DNA of 64,000 nt from positions 96,001-160,000 of the forward strand of contig CAWJGT010000024.1 in assembly GCA_963842525.1 (NCBI GenBank), written 5' to 3'. Below, in pieces: positions 12,310 through 19,817 of this stretch; the stretch's first letter is position 1, and each line of letters opens with the position of its first letter. The position numbers and the translations under genes were made by a program. This DNA comes from an uncultured Holophagales bacterium (lineage in GTDB: Bacteria; Acidobacteriota; Thermoanaerobaculia; Multivoradales; UBA5704). The notes beneath the pieces were generated by a model. That model was not told the DNA's origin and did no database searches. It saw only the letters and a list, made by a program, of their open reading frames with translations.

Positions 12310-12592
12310 GTTCCCCCCGCCGGGGAGCAGTGGGAGACCGGGAGGGGGCTCTCCCCCCTCGCGAGGGGAACCGACCCCGGGTTTGGACTGGACCGCTCCC
12401 CCTGCGAGCCGGACCGTCTCCCTGCCGGACGGGCGCCAGCCCCTGCCGAGGGAGGCCGGCCTGCCGCCGGGGGGAGCTGTCTCCCCCGGAAGGGAAGAAG
12501 GCCCCTTCACCACGGGGGCCCTTCCCCTCGCCAGGGAGAGAAGCCCCCTCACAAGGCGGGAGGTTCCCCTGCCGGGGGGAGACGCCCCCGGT
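12310..12592. repeat. degenerate 21-bp-period array of CCCC-N(5-7)-GGG(G) mini-palindromes
   Basis: CCC(C)T motifs end at 12423, 12444, 12506/7, 12528, 12549 and 12570, i.e. multiples of 21; e.g. cccctcgccagggagagaagc, cccctcacaaggcgggaggtt, cccctgccggggggagacgcc. Confidence 0.65.
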
Positions 12593-12986
12593 GCTCCTCC
12601 CAGTGGCTCCGGAGCTGTTCCGGCGTGACGGTGGCGGTCTCGCGAAGCCGCTCGATCACCGGGCCGAGGTCCTGGTCGAGGACCGTCTCGACGGTCCCCC
12701 GGATCTCGGCCTCCACGTCGTAGGGCACTTCGTACAACAGCATGGTCTCGGGCGGCTCGCGCAGCGTGCCGTGGACCCGGCGCAGCAGCTCTTGGGCGGC
12801 TTCGATCCCTTCCGCCGCCAGCCAGAGCGCGGCCCGGGCATCGAGCTCGACGGGGACCCGCCGCGCCACGACACCGTCGAGGAGGATCTCGACTTCGATC
12901 CGGCCTCCACCTGCCGCGGCGTTCTCGGCCTCCTCGTCCGGCAAGGTCATCCGCAGGGCGCGCATCATCTCATCTCCGGCCTTCAT
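12549..12986 (-). CDS. hypothetical protein
   Basis: RBS GGAGGAG upstream of ATG at 12986; 145 aa with normal composition; divergent from the XRE gene. Confidence 0.7.
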   Translation of the reverse strand: MKAGDEMMRALRMTLPDEEAENAAAGGGRIEVEILLDGVVARRVPVELDARAALWLAAEGIEAAQELLRRVHGTLREPPETMLLYEVPYDVEAEIRGTVETVLDQDLGPVIERLRETATVTPEQLRSHWEEHRGRLPPAGEPPAL

Positions 12987-13130
12987 GACGTTCTCCTCCC
13001 TCGGGCATGAAAAGTTCCCGGCTCCGATCACCTGACAATGATTGCATGGTCCACTCCGAAGCTGTCAAGAGGGATCGCATAAAAGGATGGTGTTGCTCGT
13101 TGGGCGGGGTTGCGGTAAGCTGGTTCTGCA

Positions 13131-13583
13131 ATGCCCAAGCCGCGGAAGGTTGCGAGCAACGTCGAGCCCAGCCCCGAGACCCGCCGTCTGCTGGACGTCA
13201 TGCGGATGGCGATCCGGGTGCTCGGGTACTCGAACCGCGAGGTGGAGAAGAAGATCGGGACGAGCGGCAGCTATCTGAGCCGGCTCTTTTCGGGCCTGAT
13301 CGAGCTCAAGGTCGACCACGTGGTGGAGGTCGCACGGGCGATCGGCTTGGAGCCGGAGGAGCTGTTCCAACTCGCCTTCCCGAAGCGCCGCAAGGAATCG
13401 TCGCTCGCCGTAGCCCGCCTGCAGGACGCGCTCGCCGATACGCGTTCGGGCGTCTGGGCCGGCGAAGGCGCGCCGGAGGCGAAGGCCGCCAGCGCCTCGG
13501 ACGAGCCGGCCTCGGAGCTGGAGCAGGCGCTGGAGAAGATGATGGCGAAAGCCCTCCACCGCGTCCTGGGGCGCATGGGGTAG
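13131..13583 (+). CDS. XRE-family helix-turn-helix regulator
   Basis: LGYSNREVEKKIGTSGSYLSRLFSGLIELKVDHVVEVARAIGLEPEELF. Confidence 0.85.
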   Translation: MPKPRKVASNVEPSPETRRLLDVMRMAIRVLGYSNREVEKKIGTSGSYLSRLFSGLIELKVDHVVEVARAIGLEPEELFQLAFPKRRKESSLAVARLQDALADTRSGVWAGEGAPEAKAASASDEPASELEQALEKMMAKALHRVLGRMG

Positions 13584-13586
13584 GGG

Positions 13587-14939
13587 CTACAGCAGCGGCG
13601 GGTCGAACCGGGCGTTGGGGTCCCGCTCCGCCCGGCGCAGGAATGCGATCACCTCTGAAAGGAGCTCTTCGAGCTTCGCCGCCGGAGTGGTCTCCTGGAC
13701 GAAACAGTCCCGCAGGAACAGCACGGCCACCAAGGCTTCTCGGTGGATCTTCAACGCAGCGAATACTTTGGCAGCTTCGATCACGATTTCCCGGGCCTCT
13801 TGAACGCGGCCCTGGCGAAGGATGGTTTCCGCGAGGTCGAGAGCCGCGAGCGCGGAGTGGAAGCCCATTTCGACCTCACTGAGCCCTCTGATGACCTCGC
13901 GGAAGATCTCTTCCGCCCGTAGGACCTGGGCCATCCCCGCATCGATCCTCCCCTCCAGCCAGCGCACCTTGAGTCGGCTGGTCTTGCCGGTGTCTTCGGT
14001 GCAGCGGGCCCGGTTGAGGAACAGCGCCTTGCGGGCTTCCTCGAAGCGGCGGCAGTCGATGAGGAAGTGGATCCGGTTGTGGACACCCTGGAAGACGAGC
14101 GCAGGGTCGCGGTCCTCAACGATGAGCCCAAGGCCGCGTTCGATGAGTCGGATGGCCTCGAGCGGCTTGTTGGCGTACCCGGTGTAGATGCCTTTCGTGA
14201 TGAGCGCGCGGCCGGCGAGGTGGCGGTCGCGATGCCGCAGGTGCAGCTTATGGGCGTTGTCGAGGGTCATGCAGGCCATCCCGAACCGGCGGCACGTCCC
14301 ATGGAACGAGCCCATCAGGTCGAGAAGGTGGGCGAGGAGGCGCGTATCCTTGCTCCCCTTGTGCCACCACTCCAGCGCATTGGCGAAAGCGGTCTCCGCC
14401 TGCTCCAACTCGTCGGCGACCCGGTAGGCATTTCCGAGCTCCGCCCAAACGCGGCAATAGGTGTCGGCCACCTGGTCGGGAGTGAGATCGCTGGCATCCA
14501 GGCGGCGAAGCGCGAGTCTGGCAAGCTCGGCCAGCTCGACCATGCGGGGTGGAGCATCATGGCGGACAGCCCAGCTCCGCTCCAGAAGCGCCTCGATCAG
14601 GGGGAGCCCGACCTGCCTGGGCGTAAGGCGGTAGAGAGCTTCGATTCCGTGCTCCTCCAGGCCGGCCACGATCTTCCGCACTTCGGCTCGCCGCCGCCGC
14701 AGTTTCCGTTCGGTCTGCCGCACGACGTTGAACACCCGCTCGATTGCGGCGTCGTACTCCGCGTCGTCGGCCGGGGGCCTCTCGGGCTCTCCAGGGATCT
14801 GGTAGGCACGCTTTACGATGACCCTGAGACAGCCCGAGCACCCCGCGAGCACGTGGAAAATGATCTCCTTTGACCGCTCAGGGGAAACCTCCCCGCGGCC
14901 GAGCCCCGCCAACTCGTGCGCAGTCGGATGGTCGCTCAC
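13587..14939 (-). CDS. zf-HC2 (anti-sigma-like zinc finger) + TPR protein
   Basis: RBS AAAGGAG then GTG at 14939. N-terminal HPT...HVLAGCSGC, followed by TPR-like helices (WAELGNAYRVADELEQAETAFANA; AGRALITKG; ALAALDLAETILRQGRVQEA). Confidence 0.8.
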   Translation of the reverse strand: MSDHPTAHELAGLGRGEVSPERSKEIIFHVLAGCSGCLRVIVKRAYQIPGEPERPPADDAEYDAAIERVFNVVRQTERKLRRRRAEVRKIVAGLEEHGIEALYRLTPRQVGLPLIEALLERSWAVRHDAPPRMVELAELARLALRRLDASDLTPDQVADTYCRVWAELGNAYRVADELEQAETAFANALEWWHKGSKDTRLLAHLLDLMGSFHGTCRRFGMACMTLDNAHKLHLRHRDRHLAGRALITKGIYTGYANKPLEAIRLIERGLGLIVEDRDPALVFQGVHNRIHFLIDCRRFEEARKALFLNRARCTEDTGKTSRLKVRWLEGRIDAGMAQVLRAEEIFREVIRGLSEVEMGFHSALAALDLAETILRQGRVQEAREIVIEAAKVFAALKIHREALVAVLFLRDCFVQETTPAAKLEELLSEVIAFLRRAERDPNARFDPPLL

Positions 14940-15012
14940 GCCCCTGGCTCTCCTTTCGTGAGCCGATTCTCTCACAGGACATGGCATCCTTGACCAGGCT
15001 GGCTGCTTCTTG

Positions 15013-15321
15013 CTAGCCGTTCGGATCGATGCATGCCCCTGCATCGCCCTGACAGACAGGCGGGCCGCTGGTCACAGAGCTAGGGCAACCATCGGGATCG
15101 ATGCACGCGCCCGCTTCCTGGTAGACCCGCGAGAATCCCCCATCTCCTTCCGGTGAGCCTCCGTCTGGGCCGGCGAGCCGCCCCGCCAGCCAGGCCCAGG
15201 CTTTTTCGAAGAGGGCCGGCGGCCCTGTCTCCCATCCGATCGCCTGGGCGGGAGCCCCGCACAGGAGGGCCGCCGTGACCGCCGCCAGGACGACCCGGTG
15301 CAGACCTTTTCTCTGGGACAT
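15013..15321 (-). CDS. small secreted peptide precursor with duplicated (E/D)AGACIDP(D/N)G motif
   Basis: RBS AAGGAGG before ATG at 15321; Sec signal ending APAQA; 102 aa; ends with DAGACIDPNG-stop. Confidence 0.8.
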   Translation of the reverse strand: MSQRKGLHRVVLAAVTAALLCGAPAQAIGWETGPPALFEKAWAWLAGRLAGPDGGSPEGDGGFSRVYQEAGACIDPDGCPSSVTSGPPVCQGDAGACIDPNG

Positions 15322-15523
15322 CACATCCTCCTTGTCATCGGCCGCGGAACGGACCGGGAACCGCCACGGCCCCGGCGTCATCGGCCGGTTCTGACGTCTT
15401 CTGGGACGGATTGTCCCCCTTTCGGGGACGGATCGTCCCCCTCTTTTCTCCGCGACGCCATTGTCAGCGTCCTCCCTTTCTGAGGAGCACTCGGAAGTCG
15501 GCTTCATATTATCGACTTCCAGA

Positions 15524-15553
15524 ACTCTAGCCGGATCTGTCAAAGAAAGTCAA
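15524..15553 (-). promoter_or_regulatory. putative sigma70 promoter for the peptide-TPR operon
   Basis: Minus-strand TTGACT-N18-TAGAGT in the AT-richer divergent intergenic region. Confidence 0.35.
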
Positions 15554-15660
15554 TCGCGTGGTATCAATGCACCATTCAAAGTCGATTCGATCTAGACGCC
15601 GGAGATGACAGGCACGTAGACGGAACGTCAACGCAGAAATCGAGAGGGAGGAGGCAATCA

Positions 15661-16029
15661 ATGGAATCAAAGACGGAATGGTTGGAGCAGCGGCCGGAGC
15701 GCAACTTGCCTCGTGAAATGGGAGCCCGGATCGGGGCGCTGCGCCGGGAGAGGGGCTGGAGTCAGGCTGATCTCGCGGAACGGCTCGGGGTCACGCGCGA
15801 ACGCCTGCGCAAATGGGAGGCAGGTCGCAACGCTCCGCCGCTCGAAGGGCTGATCTCCCTGAGCCGGGCCCTGGGGACCTCGTACGAAGAGCTGCTCACC
15901 GGGCAGAAACCGGGGCCGCAGCCCCTGGGCCTCAACCCGGAACAGCGCGTCGAGCTGGCGCAACACCTGGCCGGGATCGCACGGCTGCTGGAACAGGTCG
16001 GTTTTTCCCGCAGCACGGAGGGAGTATGA
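15661..16029 (+). CDS. XRE-family helix-turn-helix regulator
   Basis: RIGALRRERGWSQADLAERLGVTRERLRKWEAGRNAPPLEGLISLSRALG; RBS GGAGGAGG. Confidence 0.9.
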   Translation: MESKTEWLEQRPERNLPREMGARIGALRRERGWSQADLAERLGVTRERLRKWEAGRNAPPLEGLISLSRALGTSYEELLTGQKPGPQPLGLNPEQRVELAQHLAGIARLLEQVGFSRSTEGV

Positions 16030-16488
16030 CCGGCGTGGCCATCGACCTCCGGTTGGCCGCCCTGCTCCTCGCCGAGAGCCTGCGTGCGCAGCCGCGGATG
16101 CCGGAAGCTCTCCGAAGAGCTGGCGCGGATGGCGCTGCGGATGGCGGACCGCCCCTGGTCTTCCGAGCTAGGCGAGCAGGTCGATCGGATCCGGGCCCGC
16201 GCCTGCTGCCTCGCGGCGAGCGCCCGGTGGCTGCTGGGGGACGTGGAAGGGGCCGAGTCTCTGTTCCGCCAGGCGGCCTTCCAACTGACCGGCCCGCCGA
16301 ATTGCAGCGAGCGCGCTTTCTATTGCCAGACGTTGGCGCGGCTGCGCCGGGACCAGGGACAGACCGACGAGGCGAGCAGGCTGCTCTGGCGAGCGACCCG
16401 CCTCTACATCGAGAGCGGCGACCGGGAGGGCGAGCGGGCCTGCCTGGCCGACTTGGACTTCTCGCGGGCGAGCCTTGAAAAAACTTGA
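16026..16488 (+). CDS. short TPR-like protein (frameshift near 16090)
   Basis: ATGA overlap start MTGVAIDLRLAALLLAES; shifted frame has GDVEGAESLFRQA and LARLRRDQGQTDEASRLLWRA. Confidence 0.6.
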
Positions 16489-16535
16489 TCTTCCGGAGCC
16501 ATGAAGGCCCGGATGTTCCGCAAAGGAGAACGAGT

Positions 16536-16916
16536 ATGAGCACACAGCAAGCCGTTGCACAGCCGAACAACGTCGCCGCAACGCCCGGCCGCAGGCCGGC
16601 CCTCGACCGGACCCCGACCGCGTCGCAGCGGACCGAGGCGCGCCTCAAGGCCGAGCGCGTCCAGGAAAAGCTCCAGTCGATGCCCGGCTGGTCCGCGCTG
16701 CAAGGGCACAAGGCCGTCGACCGGGTGCGCGACCTGTCCGACCCGGTAACGGCGGCGGCCTGGGCCGGGTTCGTGGCCATGGCCGCGGCCTCGCAGCAAC
16801 AGCGCGTCGGAGTGGAGATGAGCGGCACGCAGGTGACCGTCACGGTCTATGGCCGGATCGGCCGCCGCGACGGCGTGACGCTCGAAGACCTGGATTTTGC
16901 GAAACAGCTCGGCTGA
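16536..16916 (+). CDS. pterin-4a-carbinolamine dehydratase (PCD)-fold protein, degenerate
   Basis: LQSMPGW...R...AAAWAGFVAMAA...VTVTV...GVTLEDLDFAKQL resembles PCD but lacks the HHP motif; RBS AAAGGAG. Confidence 0.6.
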   Translation: MSTQQAVAQPNNVAATPGRRPALDRTPTASQRTEARLKAERVQEKLQSMPGWSALQGHKAVDRVRDLSDPVTAAAWAGFVAMAAASQQQRVGVEMSGTQVTVTVYGRIGRRDGVTLEDLDFAKQLG

Positions 16917-16946
16917 CCGCCGGGCACAACCCAAGGAGACCACGTC

Positions 16947-17354
16947 ATGCCCAACAATTCGTCGTACGCAGACTTCATCGTCGACTGCGACAAGCTGGTG
17001 CTCGCAGCGGACGAGAACAGGGACCTTCTTCCCAGCGCGGAGCCGCATCTGCAGCGGATGCGGGAGACCGTCGACCAGGTGAAGGTGTTCAAGACGCGGC
17101 AGGGCTCGCACCAGGCGTCCCGGCAGCTCTCCACGCAGGAACTGGGCAAGCTGATCACCCAGGGACGCGAGGAAGCCATCCGACTGCGCGGAGCCATCAA
17201 GGCGGACCTCGGTCCGAAGAGCGAGCTGCTGGTGCGCTTCGGAATCACGCCGCAGCGCCGCCGCATCCGCCGGCCCAAGGACGAGAAGCCCACCCCCACC
17301 GATCCGCCGACCGGGACGACCCCGGAGGAGGAGACGGTGACTCCCAAGACGTAA
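16947..17354 (+). CDS. hypothetical helical protein
   Basis: RBS AAGGAG; 135 aa; basic RRRIRR then Pro/Thr tail. Confidence 0.7.
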   Translation: MPNNSSYADFIVDCDKLVLAADENRDLLPSAEPHLQRMRETVDQVKVFKTRQGSHQASRQLSTQELGKLITQGREEAIRLRGAIKADLGPKSELLVRFGITPQRRRIRRPKDEKPTPTDPPTGTTPEEETVTPKT

Positions 17355-17514
17355 TGTGACCCCCAGGGCGTGTCCGGCCGGCGCGCCCTTGCTTGTTGGC
17401 ATGACAGGGCAAGAAAGGAGCAGAATCCAGTATTATGATGTAGTCATAGGGCACGACTACGCCTTCGACGGCTCTAGGATTGGCGAGGAAGCCTCTTTTT
17501 GAAACGATGCAACC

Positions 17515-18144
17515 ATGGCTGATCAGCGGACTCAAGAATCGCGAGTTTCACCTTCTACACCGTCAGCGGGGTTCGGTGTAGATGAGTGGGTTGAGAGGTG
17601 GCAGGCCGGCATCGAGCCTGAGGAAGCCTTTCGGCAAATCTTCGGCAGATATTACAGGGTCATCTTTTCTGTCTTCGCCAAAAGAGGTATTCCTAGCGAA
17701 GAGAGCCAGGATCTGGCACAAGAAACCTTCTTGAGAATCTTCCGGAGCATCTCGACGTACAGGAGGGATCTGTCTTCTTTTGAGACGTGGCTGTTTCAAG
17801 TTGCCGAGAATGTCCGAAGGAATGCTCTGCGGAGCAAGTCGACGCAGAAGCGGGACGCATTGATGGTCCCGATAGCAGAAGAAGTTGGGCTCAACAGTCC
17901 TCCTCTTCTCTCAGCCTCGGAGCAGGATCCTCTCGAAGACGCTCTAGCCAAGGAGCGTTCCAGATTGCTTCATGAAGCTGTGGCCGAGCTTCCTGCTCAG
18001 ATGCGCAGGTGCGTGCTGCTCCGTATAGACCAGGAGCTCGAGTATCGGGAGATCGCTGATCTGTTGTGTTGTCTTCGATATCCACCACTGGTTGCCATTC
18101 GTGACTTGTTTCTCCGGAGACTCGATCAGAGCCTGTTTTTCTGA
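17515..18144 (+). CDS. ECF RNA polymerase sigma factor, region 4.2 truncated or replaced
   Basis: SQDLAQETFLRIF, SFETWLFQVAEN, LPAQMRRCVLLR...YREIADL. The expected recognition helix (TVK..L..AR) is absent in every frame. Confidence 0.8.
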   Translation: MADQRTQESRVSPSTPSAGFGVDEWVERWQAGIEPEEAFRQIFGRYYRVIFSVFAKRGIPSEESQDLAQETFLRIFRSISTYRRDLSSFETWLFQVAENVRRNALRSKSTQKRDALMVPIAEEVGLNSPPLLSASEQDPLEDALAKERSRLLHEAVAELPAQMRRCVLLRIDQELEYREIADLLCCLRYPPLVAIRDLFLRRLDQSLFF

Positions 18145-18529
18145 AATGGGAAGGCAGCAACTCTTGGCTGACGGAGAGATCCTCCAGCGGTTCTCGATTG
18201 GAGAAGACGCTCCAAAGCTCGCAGCCCTGAGGCATGGCGAATATCTGAGGAAAGAAAGTTTCTGTGTCGATCCGGCCGAGGTGAGGAACAGAGTCGAAGC
18301 CGAGGATTCACTCATCGAGTACCATCTCCACGGTCCTGTGAAGCGCGAAATCGTTCGGGAGGTGCGGATCTCACGTTCGGAATACCACCATTTGCGCGAC
18401 CTCCTGGAACGCTACGACACCGTTGGAGATCCCAGGCGATGGGAGTTTGACAAAGTTGAGCGATTTCGGGAGATGCGCGTTCTGCTCGACAAATATAAAA
18501 TACCTCTGGTCGTGGCGGAGGGAAGCTGA
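18062..18529 (+). CDS. C-terminal fragment of a putative ART-like (DUF3626-like) domain
   Basis: Frame open from 18029; VVFD...VTCFSGDS and IEYHLHGPV recall the T-x-x-x-GDS and E-x-Q/H-x-HG motifs of DUF3626-type domains (tentative). Confidence 0.4.
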   Translation, partial: CCVVFDIHHWLPFVTCFSGDSIRACFSEMGRQQLLADGEILQRFSIGEDAPKLAALRHGEYLRKESFCVDPAEVRNRVEAEDSLIEYHLHGPVKREIVREVRISRSEYHHLRDLLERYDTVGDPRRWEFDKVERFREMRVLLDKYKIPLVVAEGS

Positions 18530-19372
18530 ATGAGTGCAAAGCTCCTGGCGTTGGACGTGGGAGCAGGAGATGCTCTCATCTATTCCGAGGAACAGTGGTA
18601 TTTGGCGTCTCTGGATCGAGCCTGGCGACCGCTGAAAGTGGATGGACGCGAAGGCGCAGTGGTCTGGGGCTTCTCCGCCTGGGCTCTCGTCGTAGACAAA
18701 GAGTATGAGAATCTCAAAGCCGCCATTCTCGAGGCGCGCAGGCTTTGCCTGACAGCCTTGGAGAGAGGCATGTCCTACTCGATGACCCCGGAGCTTCTCC
18801 AAGAGCTTGTTGAGGAGTTGCAGGAACAGCAGGACGGGAGGCCAAACTCAGAAAGGAGATTCGAAGGAATACTGTGGCAATTCACTCGCAGGCTCGATCG
18901 TTTTTTTGTATCCCGGGGTTGCTCGCCGGATGAGACCCTGCAACTCATCCTTGAGGTGTTCGGAGCAGTGTACGAAGACATGCCCACCGAAGAGGGCGAG
19001 CTTGCGCGGAGACTCTTCGAGATTGCAGGAAATGTCTACCATGAGCACACGGGGGCTGGAAGGAGGAAACCGGCTTTCCGGGAGCAGATTGAACGCAGAG
19101 TTGGCCCCGAGGGCGGCTCTTTTACAGAGGCTCAGGAGAGACGGGTCCTTCGTAACCTCTCGCGCCAGGAACTTCGGGCTCTATACTTCTGGACGCTACG
19201 GCGATACGGGATTCGAGAAATAGCGATACTGATGAATAGTTCCCTGGAAAGGGTGGAGACGGACCTCACTGCCATCGCGGAACGCTTCCACCGTCCTGTA
19301 GAAGAACTGCAGGAGGCGGCGTTGACGGCCGGGTGCTTCCAAGAGCTCCAGCGGCGACGCGAACAACCCTGA
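18530..19372 (+). CDS. divergent ECF sigma-like protein with unknown ~80-aa N-terminal domain
   Basis: RFFVSRGCSPDETLQLILEVF...LFEIAGNVY and LSRQELRAL...YGIREIAILMNSSLERVETDL resemble sigma regions 2 and 4. Confidence 0.6.
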   Translation: MSAKLLALDVGAGDALIYSEEQWYLASLDRAWRPLKVDGREGAVVWGFSAWALVVDKEYENLKAAILEARRLCLTALERGMSYSMTPELLQELVEELQEQQDGRPNSERRFEGILWQFTRRLDRFFVSRGCSPDETLQLILEVFGAVYEDMPTEEGELARRLFEIAGNVYHEHTGAGRRKPAFREQIERRVGPEGGSFTEAQERRVLRNLSRQELRALYFWTLRRYGIREIAILMNSSLERVETDLTAIAERFHRPVEELQEAALTAGCFQELQRRREQP

Positions 19373-19417
19373 CCGCTCAACCTTCCTCTGCGAACCGGGT
19401 ACTACTTCCTACACAGA

Positions 19418-19786
19418 GTGCTACGAGAGCCGGACGGGCCGGCGCGTCCGGGAGCACGTAGCAGACCACCGTCGGAGAAGAAATTGAGCACCGGCCAACT
19501 GAAGAGACCCCAAGAGGATGCTCTTCCTGTGAGGGAAGCTGACGAGCACCTCCCTCTCGACCTCTTGGAGGCTTACCATAAGAGTCGCATCCAAGACGAG
19601 CAGGAGAAAGACCGGATTCAGCAGCACTTCATCTCGTGCCAAGAGTGTCGGGACATGTTCCTTGAGTTTGTGGACTTCCTACTAGAAGCCGCCGAGGAGA
19701 CGCCGGACGAAGGACGTCTCTGGGACCTCGAAGTCATTGCGGCTTGGCAGGAATTGCGGGAGCGCTCAAGGAAAGAGTCCGACTAG
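19418..19786 (+). CDS. zf-HC2 zinc-finger anti-sigma factor
   Basis: EHLPLDLLEAYH...IQQHFISCQECRD. Confidence 0.75.
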   Translation: MLREPDGPARPGARSRPPSEKKLSTGQLKRPQEDALPVREADEHLPLDLLEAYHKSRIQDEQEKDRIQQHFISCQECRDMFLEFVDFLLEAAEETPDEGRLWDLEVIAAWQELRERSRKESD

Positions 19787-19817
19787 CTCAGGCCGTTCGG
19801 CAGTAGAATCCCTCTCC

